Shown: positions 1 through 25,900, counted from the first letter of the stretch. The stretch is DNA of 64,000 bases from Saccostrea echinata (GCF_033153115.1 NW_026889811.1:3906001-3970000); one strand, 5' to 3'. The notes: generated from the letters alone by a model not told the origin. Numbers and translations are program-made.

Positions 1-73
1 ACAGACAGACAGACAGTATAATAACAGGGTTAGTAAATGTCAGTCAATCCAGTACTCTAACACTGACTGATAA

Positions 74-104
<31 letters not shown>

Positions 105-181
105 GTATAACAACAGGGAGAGTAAATGTCAGTCAATCCAGTACTCAAACACTAACTGATAAACAGACAGACAGACAGTAT
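1..181. repeat. Minisatellite with (ACAG)n microsatellite blocks, truncated by the window edge
   Basis: Two copies of AGTAAATGTCAGTCAATCCAGTACTC..AACACT.ACTGATAA separated by ACAG runs. Confidence 0.85.
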
Positions 182-335
182 AATCACTCATATAAGCCTC
201 CAAAATTTCTTGACATTAAGATTTTCTAGGCATTCATAACATGTTATAATAGATATGACACTTCACAGTAAACCTGTTTTTTTTAGTTTGATGATAATTG
301 ATGGAATATCAATTAGTCCACCTTATGGTTTAAAC

Positions 336-881
336 TAGCTGCAGATCTGTAGTTCTCTGGTCAGAAAAAAAATTGGGATGGATGACCAGAGAGCTACAGT
401 GCCACCCATAGAAAAATTTATATATTTATTGCGCACAAAGAGTTGCACTCAGTTCTGGATTAATTTATCCAAATTCTTACCTAAACTGCACAAAAGCTTG
501 ATTTCAAAAATTTCCTTAGACCTCTATCCACTACATGCACTCTTGTAGTTGACATCTGCATGAAGTGCGTTGGACTGAATTATTTTGCCACCCAAAATGG
601 CAGTATAAATAGGAGAAATTTTCGATGTTATCAATTTCAAGCCAGGAAGGTGATTAACAATGGTTATAGGTAATAGTTTGTTCTGGAAATAGTAAAATAT
701 TACGTTAGGAATGCAAGCTTAGTAATATTTTGATGGCAGTTTGAAAAACATGGAGAAATAAATCAAGAAACAGTGCACTTTTTTGTGTGCAATAAATATA
801 ATTTTTTTTCAATGGATGGCACTGTAGCTCATCGGTCTGTCAACATTTTTTTTTTTTTTGAGAGCTACAATTCTGCAGTTA
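336..881. mobile_element. MITE with ~70-bp TIRs and 9-bp TSD (Mutator-like by TSD length), copy 1
   Basis: Ends TAGCTGCAGATCTGTAG... and ...CTACAATTCTGCAGTTA. Flanked by GGTTTAAAC at 327-335 and 882-890. Homologous to 5872-6710. Confidence 0.8.
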
Positions 882-937
882 GGTTTAAACAAATAACTTG
901 TTTATTAATGATGTGTGTGAAAACATTTTTTTTCCAG

Positions 938-1554
938 ATTATACTTTTTGTTATGTGTTCTGCCAATGAGCTTTTCTTCTGCATGTTGTATCTGACCTAC
1001 TTCACTCCAGGGCCAACTTGTGAGTATGCTCATCAAACAGTTCTTGTACTTAATTCTTATACTGTATGTTTATCTGTACTTATTTTAGCAGAAATAATAT
1101 ATTAGCTCCTTTCCCACTTCTTGTTGTCCCAAATCAGTTGAAGAGGAAGGTGTGCTAAATTTTGAGTGTGTTAATTTATGTATATGTATAGTAATGAAAT
1201 ACCTTCTTGGTGTTAAAAAATAGTTCAAAGGGAAGACCAACTTACATGTTACAAGGGTATATGAATATATCCTTTCTTTATATAATAATTCTCACAATGA
1301 TTTGTATGTCTTTTGAAATATGAATTTCCAGGAATCATTTTTAATTTTAGAAAATGTTCCATGTTTATAGTTTGATCTGTTGAATTTTTTTTTTGGTTTC
1401 AGTGTTAGGAATTGGGCTTTTCCAGGCAATTCTCTATATCAGTGCTCCACTGTCCTTCATTAAGGCAGGGATCAGCATCTTACAGCTGATAGCAGCAAGT
1501 AAGAACATTGCTCTTATAGATCAAAGTGATAGAGAGGCTAGAAAGACCAAGTAA
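938..1554 (+). CDS. CDIPT: CDP-diacylglycerol--inositol 3-phosphatidyltransferase (PI synthase), last two exons
   Basis: Exons 938-1019 and 1403-1554 join through a phase-1 GT-AG intron to give IILFVMCSANELFFCMLYLTYFTPGPTLLGIGLFQAILYISAPLSFIKAGISILQLIAASKNIALIDQSDREARKTK*. This matches the recalled CDIPT C-terminus (LFTLCAGNELFYCLLYL...AARNMAALD). The 5' part lies outside the window. Confidence 0.9.
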
Positions 1555-2501
1555 AGAGAACCAGATTAATAGCAGCAATAAAGGGAGGCAACTTAGCATC
1601 AATCACAAGTGTATCTTCTAAGAGGATGATACTTTGATACTCTTCCATGTTTTATTTGTTGTATGTTTTTATCTGTTATATACATATATAAATTGTTTTT
1701 ATTGTAATCAAATTCATGTGTTTTAATTTTATTAGAGTTCAGACAAGTATTGTGTGATGTATTGTGTATGAAATCCTATTGCTGATTTTTAAAGAGATGA
1801 TTTTATTTTAATTTTAGTTGTTTAACATGACTTCCTCTTGGTTATGAAAATAATTTATTATTGAAAGATAAGTATGTTTGTTAAGTATGTTAAAAAAGCA
1901 GTTTAAGATGATGGAAAGTAAAAGATACAAATCAATTGTAACTGAGGCAGTGGAGTTATTAAAACATGTTATAGGATTGGGATATTTAGATATATTAAAA
2001 AAAAACAACATATTTATCATCAACAATTCTTAGATGAACAAAATTCCTCATGCCAGAACTGGCAATACATGTATTAATACCACCCAAAGCAAGACCAGGG
2101 TTGTACATTCAAATAAGTTTTGGTTGACCACCTGCAATGTGTACAAAAGAATAAAGGGATTTAAGGAAATTTTTGGAAGAGAAAACTTAAGGGCAAAGAA
2201 CAATTAATATGATCTTTTAATTATTCTATATTAAGCAGATCAAGGATATATCTGTTCATTTTTAAAATTAGCAGAAACTTTGCACATTCTCATTTATTTC
2301 TGTGTAACGAATGCAGCTAAGGAGCAGCATCAATAGTTATAATGTACTCCCAGAAAAAAATGGACTGGACTAATTTGCATTGTCACTGATAAAGTATACT
2401 TGCTGCAAAAATTAAAGTCACCCTTTTTTCTGTTGTGTGTTTTTTAATCTCAAGCCAGAATAAATGTATGAGACATCAGAAAATGAAGGATACCGAACTG
2501 A

Positions 2502-2899
2502 TAGGGATGCGTGATTTTATCAGTATACTGGTATATTGCGATTTTTTATTGCATGATACGTATCTTGATACGGAGACTAAAATACCGGTATTTGGTACAT
2601 AACTATAAATTCTGGAAATTATTCATTTATTTGTTCAAACTATTGAATGACAATTACAGGAAGTGTAAAAAAATGTTGAAAACAGTTAAACAACGGCATT
2701 AAAACATTCTTTATATTAAAATAATGAACACTTTAAAAGTAGAGTTATGTTTTTATACCATATTTTTAAGGAATATTATGGAAATTCGTTTGAAATTGTA
2801 GTAAAAATTGTGTGTAAAAATATCACGATTTATTGTGATATTTTTGGGATAGAATCGTAATATATCACGATACGAAATTTTTGCAGATACCCATCCCTA
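2502..2899. mobile_element. hAT-like MITE
   Basis: TIR TAGGGATG...CATCCCTA. Degenerate 8-bp TSD CGAACTGA/CGAATTAA (6/8). Confidence 0.65.
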
Positions 2900-5139
2900 C
2901 GAATTAATGTGTCATGTCTGTAAGTAAGAGTGTCGAAAGCTATTCCAGGCTTGTGTTAGCTATAACCATATTAAGTATTCAGTATTGTACCAAATATTGC
3001 TGTTTGTTAAATAGATTTTTTAGTGTCATTAGCTTTATTGATAATTATTAGTGATAGTATATGTATATTTTTAAGTGTGTATGCTTATTTATAAATGATG
3101 TAGAAGGTGCTTTGTAGCCATTGTTATTTTGAAATTTAAATTTTCTTGATGATTACAACCCTTTAGTTGAAATATAGTCCTAAAGAAGGGGTTCAGATGA
3201 GTCCAAGACATAATTATGCCATAAAGGAGATTTGTAGCAAAGAGAGATGTTCCTGCTTGCAATGCATCAAAACGCAAAGCACGAATATCAGTTATTAACA
3301 TAAGTTTTTTTTATTAACATACCGGTAAGTTTCATCTGTGTTTGAATTCTACATTTTTACCACTTTAAAAACAAATTTTTATACTCAAATACATGTATAT
3401 ATTTCTAATTGTAGCCTGTTAGTCATTCATATTCTTTGGAAGTTAATTTTCAGTTTATATGTATTATTATAAATAATGAAAATTTAGAGAAAATACTATT
3501 AACATTATATGTTTGTCTTTTGAATTGTAATTAACTTATATGTTCCTTGTGAGAAAAAAAATATTGTGTAAATTTCATGTCTTGAACAGGAAAAAGCTTT
3601 CATTTTTCAGACTGCTTTTAAAACGATGTAGAGTTTTCAGCTCTTGGTGAAAGTTTGATGAAAGCATTGGTCTACACATTTGTTTTGAGATTTAACTTTT
3701 ATATTAATGATACAGTGGTTAAACCTGCAGAACAAATATTGTCAATTTTATTAACTATTATATACATGTAATTCATTTATGATCATATGATTGTACATAT
3801 GAATAAATTAGATTTAGATTTCATGACTATCGTTTAAGGACTGTCAGAAATTCTCCATCTCTATCACAGTTTCATGGCATGTTGATAATATGTTAAAATA
3901 AAAAACAGTCTAAATGCAGTAAACTGAAGTCTAAATACGTTAGTGCAGCAGTGTTGAGATTATGTTGGTATTCTAGAAGAATATTTAATTAACTTTGAAG
4001 TCTTTTATATCTGCATCTAATATTGTCCTCAGTGATGAAATTCTGTTTTTGTTCAATCCAACATCCAAGAATGGAACCCAGAAAAATATCTGTAAGGAAG
4101 AGTTTATTGAACAGCGTGAAAAGAAGGCCTGGGTTGCTAATGATGCATGTGATTTCAGAATTGTTGTAATAAGATATTTGGCATGAAATAAAATACTTAC
4201 ACAGTTAACAATGCTTATAAATGGAATGAAAAGTGGAAAAAGACCAGTGGAAAAGGAATATGCCTAGGAATTGAAAAAAGTTACACAATGTTTACAGGAG
4301 TATAAAATACAGAAGAAATTGAATTTCAATACTGTGAGGGTAAACACTTATTACCTCAACTTTGTCATTTAGAACTTTAAATTCCATCACATCTAACCAT
4401 TCTGCCCATGTGAAGACAAAAATTCTCACAAATGTTACATCTTGACTTATCTGTAAATTAATAAAGTCTCTCTTTTTTGTTACCTTTAATTATAAAAAAA
4501 ATGAAGGACAAAAAAGTGAAAGACAAGAATACTAAACAAATTAATGTAGACCATATACATGCATAAAGTGTATATATATACAAGCTAGTTCATATCTTCT
4601 AATTAATCTAACCTTATGGATATCGTAAACCGTGCCTTTCTTGTCATGGGCCTTTAACATTTCTAGAGAATCGATGATTGCTTTTAAAATCACAGTGTTT
4701 TCTTTTTTACATGTCCACCTGAATTTTATGAAGAAAAAAAAAACAACCGTGTACATAATGTAGAGAATTATTGCATATTTTAAATTTAATCTTTAAAATG
4801 ACACCTACACCTCTTTATAGCTGTGTAGATTTTTAATGATGGGGAGCCACATGGCTGGACGGAGAAGAGCTTGGACTGGGGACTGCAAGAGACTCGACAG
4901 CGAAACCATGTCGACATGTGCTTTTGTTGATGGAGAAACGCCCCCCAGATTTGTTTACATTTGTTGGAAGTTCCGTAGATTATTAGTGCATATCCATAAA
5001 ATATATCAGGTATCGAAACAGTCATTAAATCTATTGAATTTTTTAAAGAATATATAGAAACAATATCGATTAAAATAAATTTACTCATGCAGTAAGCAAC
5101 TGGAATAAATACGAAACAGAGGTTGAAACCTTTCTGACC

Positions 5140-5240
5140 TTGACACTGGAAGTACAGTTGACGAGGCAGCCAGAGGCATAACTAATAATCACATGACTTC
5201 TATTGATTGACAATGACACGATAGCTGGCTGGCGTAAGTG
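5140..5240 (+). promoter_or_regulatory. Probable RABGEF1 promoter and non-coding first exon
   Basis: ETS-like GGAAGT near 5148, M-box-like TCACATGAC at 5189-5197, and donor GC|GTAAGT near 5233, upstream of the acceptor at 6988. Confidence 0.4.
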
Positions 5241-5871
5241 AGGTTTTACTTTCGTTTATATGTACTTTGATATTTTGATAAGAATTAATGTTTGATGCTT
5301 GAGTTTAGCCAAAATATTGGAACTTCCGTCTGCCCTTTTGTTGTTTTGCATCAGGCATCCTGAAAGACTAGCCTATTGTCGTAGTGAGCTAATTGTCAGT
5401 ATTTACACAGACTGCAGTTTACTAGTTGCTGATAAGAGAGATAATATAATAAAATATATAATATAATATATAATAAATATAATAATAAATGCTCATATAA
5501 GTACTGTTCAAAGCTTTCAAAAGGATTGGAAACGATACAATCATCATTTTAGGTGGGTAAAGGTACCATGCAGGTACCTGCAGATTTTGAAAGGCCAGTT
5601 ATAAGTGGGAAAACATATAAAGCAGAGAAAAATCTACATATAAAAACAGATTTAAAACTGGATGTCGAATAAAGTGAATGAAAATAGCTAGAAAGCTATG
5701 GTTACTTTTGATGGAGTATAGAATAGGGTGACATACAGAATGTTCAATCATGTCTTACAATTCTGGTTTAATCTCTTTTTGACAGTATTAATGTCTATTT
5801 GAAGGTAGGTGAATGCACGAAAATACCGTAAACTGGTCTATTTTAGTGTTTACAACCACTATGAACATTAC

Positions 5872-6710
5872 TAGCTACACGTCTGTAGCTTGATGGTAAA
5901 AAAAAAAAATTGGGATGGACGACTAGGGAGCTACAGTGCCACCCATTAAAAAAGGGTATATTTTTGGTGCACAAAAAGCAAACTGTTTCTCGATTTATTC
6001 CTCTGTATATTTAAGCTGCCATCTCAAAATATTCCAAATATATTTTCTTTATTACTTCCACACCAAAACTGTTTATACAAGTTATGCATGAAGTGCATTG
6101 GACCAAATTGTCTTGCCACACAAAATGGCAGTATAAATTGGCAAAATTTTCATTGGCCTGAAATTTCAGACTGAAGAGGCTATTATTGGGGAATGTTTTG
6201 TTGTGGAAATAGTAACAAAATATGTTTGAACACAGGGTTAGTAATAATTTGAGATGCCAGTTTAGATATACTAGTTTGAAGAAATATATTGAGATACATT
6301 GCACTTTTTGTGCCCAATAAACATACACTTTTTAAATGGGTTTGTGGTGGTCAGATGAGTTAGATCGAAGATGGCCAGAGAGCTCAGTTGGTAGTCTCCT
6401 CTCCCATTACATTTGGTGCCATGCCATGCCCTGGAAGTGACAGGTGAAATACCTGCCAGGGAAGAGCCTGGGTTGGTGTCATGGGGCCGAAGACTTTTAA
6501 AGAGGGAGGAATATTTGGCGGTCAGACGGGTTCAATCACCGATTGCCAGATAGCTCAGTTGGTAGAGCACCTGACTGGAGATTCAGGGGGCTCAGGTTTG
6601 AATCAGTCTGGTCTGCTGCATTTTTCTCCTCTCCCATTACAGATGGCACTGTAGCTCTCTAATTGTGCATCCCAATTTTTTCAGACCAGCGAGCTACAGA
6701 TCTGCAGCTA
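5872..6710. mobile_element. MITE with 9-bp TSD, copy 2, carrying a nested miniature LTR element
   Basis: Ends TAGCTACAC... and ...AGATCTGCAGCTA. TSD GAACATTAC/GAACATGAC (8/9). Internal sequence is colinear with 336-881. Confidence 0.8.
6343..6641 (+). mobile_element. Miniature LTR element (TRIM-type retroelement) with tRNA-like sequence in the LTR, Helenus-like
   Basis: LTR1 6343-6411 (internally deleted) and LTR2 6514-6641 both end TCTCCTCTCCCATTACA. PBS-like TGGTGCC follows LTR1, and PPT AAAGAGGGAGGAA precedes LTR2. LTR2 holds a tRNA-like segment at 6545-6613 with box A TAGCTCAGTTGGTAGAGC. Confidence 0.7.
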
Positions 6711-7000
6711 GAACATGACAAGTGTTGCAAGATACATCTTTAATGCGTTACATTTGATGATACTACACTGACATGAATTGTAACCTTTTGTCATTGGTTT
6801 ATTTTAAATGTGCTATGATTAAGTTAGTGATAATCATGATAAGATGTTGAAAAGGTTTGCAATTCAAGTAAGGAAGAGTTATTCAAGCAAAACTTCATAT
6901 TTCTCAAATAGAATTGGAAGTTTTAGAACATGTTATTTATAATATTGCCATGTTTTGATTATTATAAAGGATTATATTTTTTCTATAGCACACCACAATT

Positions 7001-18785
<11,785 letters not shown>

Positions 18786-19591
18786 TTACAATCATTCAGA
18801 TTTGTAAATTTCTGTGATGTAAGCAAAGCAAGAGATTTTGTAATGTGTGTGTGTGTGTGGTTAGAGAAGATGAATTTGTGATTGAGAGCATGTGTTTGAA
18901 ATTGAAAGAAACATTAAGTTTTGTAACATTAGTGTATTATAAAGCCTTAAGTGGACTAAAGGCATGCATTTAGATCTGAGGAATCATACTCAAAACATCA
19001 CACTACAAAGACGGATACTCAGTGAGAAAGCAACTCCAAATGTTCATCTCCCTTAAGTAGATGTAGGAAATTGCAAGGGTTAGTGCTTTAAATTATATTA
19101 GTTTATAAACTGTGTATATTTTTTGGAAGAATTTTCTACTTATTTATTTTCAATGAAGCATACAAGAAGGTAGAAATCAAGAACAAGTTTTGTTGGTAAG
19201 AGTGCAGTAGGAATTTAGCCTGATATGTGTATGTATGTTCGAGTGTACAATTCAGTGTCTGTTTTATTGTTATTTTTTAAAAGAATAAATTGACTAAATT
19301 ATATTTCTTGTGTTTATTGCAACAACAAAAAGTTGCAACAAGCAATTTCTTGCATAGAAATTTCTCACTCTACCCCTGCAAGCAGAGTTTGGAGGATATT
19401 GGTATTAGCATGTCTGTCTGTCTGTCCAGCTGTCCACCTGTTTGTCTGTCTGATTTTGTCTGGACTTGGAGACTATTTGCATGGCTTTGTCAGACATTTT
19501 TTACTCTCCTTATTCACCATTTAAAGATATGCACTTGGTTTTTTCATCATAGTTGGACTATTTTTCTTCATTATACTGAGTTTTTTCCCCA

Positions 19592-19637
<46 letters not shown>

Positions 19638-19748
19638 CATTTTGCCGGCGTCCGTCTGTCCGTCTGTCTATCTGTCCGTCTGTCTGTAAACTTTTCACAT
19701 TTTCAAGAACCACTGGGCCAATTTTTACCAAACTTGCCACAAAGTAAC

Positions 19749-20709
19749 TGTCAAATAATGACCTTGCGTAGAGAATAGTGATCCAAACTCCCCTAAATAA
19801 ATAACAGAAAATCTTTTCTACATATTAACTTTACATTTTAATTAACAAAATAATATTCTACAACATAATAAACTGGTTTGGTGTGTGGTCGTCCGTGTCC
19901 CTAAAATGTCTACTACGTCTATGGTTTTGTTCCACACGGTGTTTAGGCTACACTACAGTCTCTTGCCGCTAATGAGGCTCAGACACCCCTCTCCAGTGCC
20001 GAGAAAGGTTTACACTTCCCCCTCTCCAGTGCCGAGGAGGTTACACGTCCGTCTTGCGTTCAAGACTATGAGATGTGACTGGTACCGGCCGCCATCTCTA
20101 CACTACTATACAGGAATGAGACCTGTTAAAATATCATACACAGAATAATATAGACATACAACTTACTCCGTGAGTACAATATGTACAACGCAATAAATGC
20201 TTTGCTATACAATAGTTATTACAGAACGTAGAACCGACAAATAAAGACACAAACAATCCACCGTACAATTAAGACTCAAACATTTTCGAGTAACTATAAA
20301 TAACAGAACTTAAAAATATCAAATAGAATAGCTTAAAGTTGCATATTTTAGAAATTCCGTATCTGGGTGTTTTGAGATGTTTACAACTTTATAAAATATT
20401 AAAAACAAACACAAATAAGGCTTACCTCAGAGAAGCAGGACCATACAACTAAATTCTAAACAAGTAAAACCCTCAGTGGTCTGCCATGTGTATAAGATAA
20501 ATCAAACAGATCTTGAGAAATTTTGAAAACGTCCTTCTCCCAGGACTGCCGTGTCCAAACTGAAGCACGGGCTTACAAATATTTTAAAGGTCCGGTGATT
20601 TGAGGTATAAAACAGGGTAACATAAACCCGGTGAAAAATGGAGACTCCCCACAGGTAAATATAAATTGCTTGCGTGTTCGAATAGGAACATGTAGATTTT
20701 AATGTGACA
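19749..20709 (-). repeat. 3' LTR
   Basis: Direct repeat of 27302-28262, adjacent to PPT GGAAAATGGGAGGTAG on the minus strand. Confidence 0.95.
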
Positions 20710-20815
20710 ACTACCTCCCATTTTCCAAAAGTACGCAGTACTTTAAAACACATAAAAATCTAAAAATGAGAAAACAAACCTGAAACTTTACAAATGACAA
20801 ACTATTTACATAAAT

Positions 20816-21258
20816 TTACAAACGACTCAGGTAATCTGCCCCTACATTCTCTTTTCCCTTAATGGCTTGGATTCTGAATCGATATGGCTGGAGACTGAGT
20901 GCCCAGCGCATCAATCTAGGATTGGTGACCTTTGACTGGTTTAGATACACAAGAGGACTATGATCAGTCTCTAGAACAAACTCTTGACCGTATAAATACT
21001 TTTGAAATTTCTGAATGGCCCAAACAATAGCCAAACATTCTTTCTCTACTGTTGCGTACGCACTTTCACACTCTTTCAACTTCCTACTCACGTATGCTAC
21101 TGGTAACTTTTGATCTTCTACTCTCTGAAGCAAGACAGCTCCCAAACCTCTATCAGATGCATCAGTCTGAAGTATAAAAGGCTCCTTTATGTTTGGTAAT
21201 TTCAGAATAGGAGAATGACTTAGTGACGACTTCAAAGACTGAAATGCAATTTCATGAC
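20816..21258 (-). CDS. RT connection and RNase H part of Gypsy pol, separated from the rest by an insertion
   Basis: HEIAFQSLKSSL...FILQTDASDRGLGAVL...EKECLAIVWA...TDHSPL...ADYLSRL*. Confidence 0.9.
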
Positions 21259-21259
21259 A

Positions 21260-22932
21260 TTTTTAATATATTCGATCAGTGCATATTATCTATTCAAGAT
21301 ATATTACTAAAGTCAGGTACTCTTCACACAATTGCTCCGACGAAAATAGTTCCATTCATGATCAGTAGATACAAGATTACAACAAATGTTAAGAATAATG
21401 ATGTATATTTAATACGTTAAAGAAAACAAAATTAACGTAAAAAGATTTTAAGAAAATCACCTTTTCCCCGGAAAAGCAAATAAAAAGTTTTCATATTCCT
21501 ACGCTCGCTGCCTCCTCAGTCTTTTTCCCGAAAATATATAGGTCATACTTCGATTGATAATGATAAATCTTTTCACTAGTTATATTACTGTCATTATTAT
21601 TGTTCGTTCATTGCCTTATAATTTCTTTTGAATGGATATGTTAATCATTAACTGTGTGTTTTTTTCTCTCTTTTAATGAATAACGGAATGGTTATTATGG
21701 TTAAACACCTGCAATCGTAACCTCTCGGCAAAGCAACGTAATGTTCCGAGCTCGTCTGAAAGGATCTTCGCACGTGTGTAGACCTAGGCTATTTGGTCTT
21801 GCAAGCACAGGTGTGTGCACCGTTTGCTAAGAGACGCTTAGATCACGTAGACTGGGTATCAGTATTTGCTACGGAAATGAAGAAGTTTAGAACTATACAC
21901 CAGTTTCATAAGAAGTACAGGTTTTTTACTCAAGCCCTAAATTGGGCTAGAGGGGCTGAGTTATCTAAAACGAGACTAGGTCATCGATCTACTCAGTTTA
22001 AAAACACGAAAATATACTAAGTGTATCTTCAAAACATCTGTATATTCAAAATCTATATTAAGTGTTAAATGTCGGATTCTATCCTATGACGAAGGAATAT
22101 TCAGTGATGCTCCATAGCCGCAACCGATCTCGCGCTTTCCTTTGCGTTTAACAACGACCGTCAATGCATCTCTGGACAAGTTCATTGATTACAAGTTCAT
22201 TCATTCTAAAAGGTGACATGTTGACCATCTTTAACATCTGCCTATACTATGGGTGATAGTAATTTAATAGCACAAAATTAAAAAATAAATTAAAATCTAT
22301 CCTTGATAGATCTAAAGTTTTGCTATTTAAAAAAAAAAAGGCTATCTTTGATAATCCATAACGGCTTGAACTTGATTTGAATTTTTTTTTTTTTACAGAA
22401 GATTATATCATTGGAAAGTTAGATGGTACACATGTAGCACAGGCCCATATAGTACGCGGGATTTTTTTCGGAGCCCCCCCCCCCCCCCCCCTTCACTTTG
22501 AAAACGTTGCTACAGGCCTGTAACATGCTATTTGGTTTAAATATTCCTGAAAATGAGTGAGGTGTTAAATACATTTTTAAAATTATACTATTAATTATAT
22601 TTAGTCTATGTTCTATGTGAAATTAAAACTATTTTTAGCGACTTTGTGATAGTCACTACATGCATCTACATCTAACGTTATATATGAACATGCAGTTTGT
22701 TTCCTAGTACATGCATATTTTATTCAACAAAAGATGTTGAAACTCAGTAGCCTAAATATTTTGTCGTTTTAGGATATTTATGGCACTTTTATTATGACTT
22801 TCTACAGCTTGAGTATCTCTGATGTTTTGTCAGTAAATACTTGTTTTTTTTTATTAGAAATCATCTGAGCACAATGAAAATTCGAATAAATTAAAAGTCG
22901 AATATCTTGGATATGGGGTAACCCATATCTAT
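21260..22932 (+). mobile_element. Helentron-type non-autonomous element inserted into Gypsy pol
   Basis: T-run start, subterminal inverted repeat ATATTCGA / TCGAATAT, terminal hairpin GATATGGG-GTAA-CCCATATC. Inserted at an ATT with no long TSD; non-coding. Confidence 0.7.
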
Positions 22933-25900
22933 TCTTGTTCCCACACAAGTTTGGTTGGGCACCCTTTCCTAGTCAAATCAGTTAATGGCAATGCAATGCA
23001 TGCAAAGTTTGGAACAAACTTACGATAGAATCCTATTAACCCAAGGAACGATCGTAGTTGTTTTTTAGTTTCTGGTCTTGGTGCATCTTGTATAGCCTTG
23101 ACCTTGTCCAACATTGGTCTCAATTGTTCATTGCCAATCACATGACCTAGACAATTCAAACTGGAATAGGCCAATGAGCACTTACTTGGTTTAGCAGTTA
23201 GACCTGCACTACGTAGACGCTGAAAAAGTTCGTCAAGTACTTTGAGATGATGTTCAAATGTCTCTGTGAAAATAATTATGTCGTCAATAAAATTGTCAAC
23301 ATTTTCCATGTCACTCAAAACTTTCCGCATCAATCGGGAAAAAGTAGCTGGTGCTGTAACTAAACCAAAGGGCATAACGCAAAATTGAAATAACCCTTTA
23401 CTTGTTCTAAAGGCTGTCTTTGGTTTAGATGCCTCTGTCAGTTTTATTTGCCAATAACCCTTTGATAAGTCAATTTTTGAGAAATATTTGTATCCTGCAA
23501 ATTTTGCAAACATTTCGTCTGCGTCTGGTATTGGCTCCGCGTCAAAAATTGTTTGTCTGTTTAGTAGTCGAAAGTCAATACAAAATCGATTGGTACCATC
23601 CTCTTTTGGAACAATAACTATTGGTGAACAAAAGGGAGACTCAGATGGTTCAATGATATTTAATTTCAACATATCACTCACCTCTTTGTTGACTGTTTCT
23701 TCCAAAGAAAAGGGGACTGAACGTGTTTTGACATGTATTGGCTTATCACTTACCATGCGGATGTCATGTTCTAAAATATTCGTACTTCCTGGTTGGTCTT
23801 GTAGAACGTCACCATACTTGGCTATAGTACTCATCAACTTTTCCCTTTCCTCGGTCGATAGCAAACCATTGATATCCACGTCTGTGCCTTGGTCAGAATC
23901 TAGTGCCGGATAGTCATCTAACTGTCCTTCCTGTGTTGTGTCTTCCACACAGTCCACAAATGTAGCATTTACTGAACCAAATACACTTTCATCAGTCACA
24001 AAAAGAACATTGTTACATTGTGCTCTTTCAACATATTTCTTGAGTAGATTAATGTGAAAAGTCTTTACTTTTCCATTCATTTTCAACTGATAGTCAACAC
24101 GGTTTACCTTCTTTAAAACCTCAAAAGGCCCTTTCCATTGGAGAAGCAACTTATTGTTGTCTGTAGGCATTGAAATAAGAGCTTTGTCACCTACCTTTAG
24201 AGATCTATTTCTAGCTTTCTTTTCGTAGTACTTCTTGTACCTGGTGGCGGATTTTTCAAGGTTTTCTCTGGCAAGCTGGGCCATGGACTGCAATCTCTCT
24301 TTCAGATCTAAAACATACTGATAAGTTGTTTTCACGTTTGGATCTTCTATTTCCTTGGTACAAAGTTCTTTCAAAATAGACATGGGACCTCGTACTTGCC
24401 TTCCATAGACTAATTCAAAAGGTGAGAACCCCAAGCTTTCCTGCGGTAACTCTCTATAAGCAAAGAGAACTGCATTTATATACTTATCCCAGTCCTTAGG
24501 CTTCTCTGCACAAAGTCGTTTTAAGATTTGTTTCAAAGTCCCATTAAAGCGTTCGACTAACCCATTACAGGAGGGATGATAAGGTGTGGTTGTCCACTGC
24601 TTCATAGAAATGAGACGACTTACCTCCTTCATAAGAGACGACGTGAATTGAGTACCCATGTCCGTTAACATTTCTCTTGGTATACCTACCCTAGAGAAAA
24701 TTTCCATTAACGCTTCTGCAACTCTTTCTGTCTCTATACTTGGCAAAGCTACGGCTTCTGGATAACGGCTTGAATAATCTACTAGAGTAAGTATGTACCT
24801 GTTACCCTTTTCCGTGACTGGAGTTAACGGACCCACTATATCAACTGCAACTCGTTGGAATGGTACATCAATTAATGGCATACGTTCTAAAGGCACTTTG
24901 CTCACCCTACCTTTTTGAAGAGTACGCTGACATATATCACAGGACTGGCAAAACCGTCGGATGTCACTCTGGAGTCCTGGCCAGAAAAACTCTGAGTTAA
25001 CCCTGGTTATTGTCCGCTGGATACCTAGATGTCCTGCTAATAAAGAATCATGTGCTAACTTCATGACTAATGCGCGAAATTTCTCTGGAACTACAAGCTG
25101 AGAAAATACCTTATTGACGCTGTCGTCGTTCGCTACAAACTCTCGATAAAGCAAACCATTCTTTTTATACCATTTTACCTTACCGTTTTTCTTCTGGTGA
25201 ACAGTATTATGTTCTGCATAATCCCGAATCTTAGTAAGGGTTGGATCCTCCTCTTGTGCAGTCTTGATACAGTGTGGTTCTATTACGTCTGTGATTATGT
25301 TGGGTACCTTCAGAGGTGGATAAGGCTTCTCTCTGTTCCTTTTCTGTTGTCTCGTTTCTACTGCGTTGACCTGCCAATTCTCGTCTGCTTTGTCTGGAAG
25401 TGTTGCATCTGGAACATTTCCTATTATCAAATCATACACTGGATTTTCCATACACCATACCTTGTGATAACCACACAAATAGGGAGTATCGATGAACACT
25501 TCTGCTACAGGAACTGTAATTTTTGAGCCGTCAGCTAAGACACACACCTGTTGCTTACCGTCTACAAGGTCTTTCTCACTTACCTTGGATTTCCGTACAA
25601 CAATTCCACTGCATCCAGTATCCCTCAAAACAGTCACAGGATTTCCGTTGATGTAACCCGCAGAGATAAGCATGGAAAAATTTACAGACTTCTGACAAGC
25701 TGAAGTAAGAGTAGTGGGCGACATGTTCACCATCGAATCTATGATAGAATCTGAAGGTAAAGTACTCACAAAACAGACTGGTTTTTCATTTATTTGTGCA
25801 GTAGGTGATTCTCCTTTGGTTCTTACTTCAGATACACTACCAACAACCGGTTTGGCTTTACATTCTGAAGCAATATGCCCTACTCTGTGACACTTAAAGC

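Noticed and set aside
6545-6613. Functional tRNA gene
   Set aside because: 8-nt anticodon loop, decayed T arm and no T-run terminator; it is part of an LTR.
19885-20148. 87-aa ORF duplicated at 27438-27701
   Set aside because: Lies within the LTRs, antisense to the element, with no ATG at the called start and no recognisable domain.
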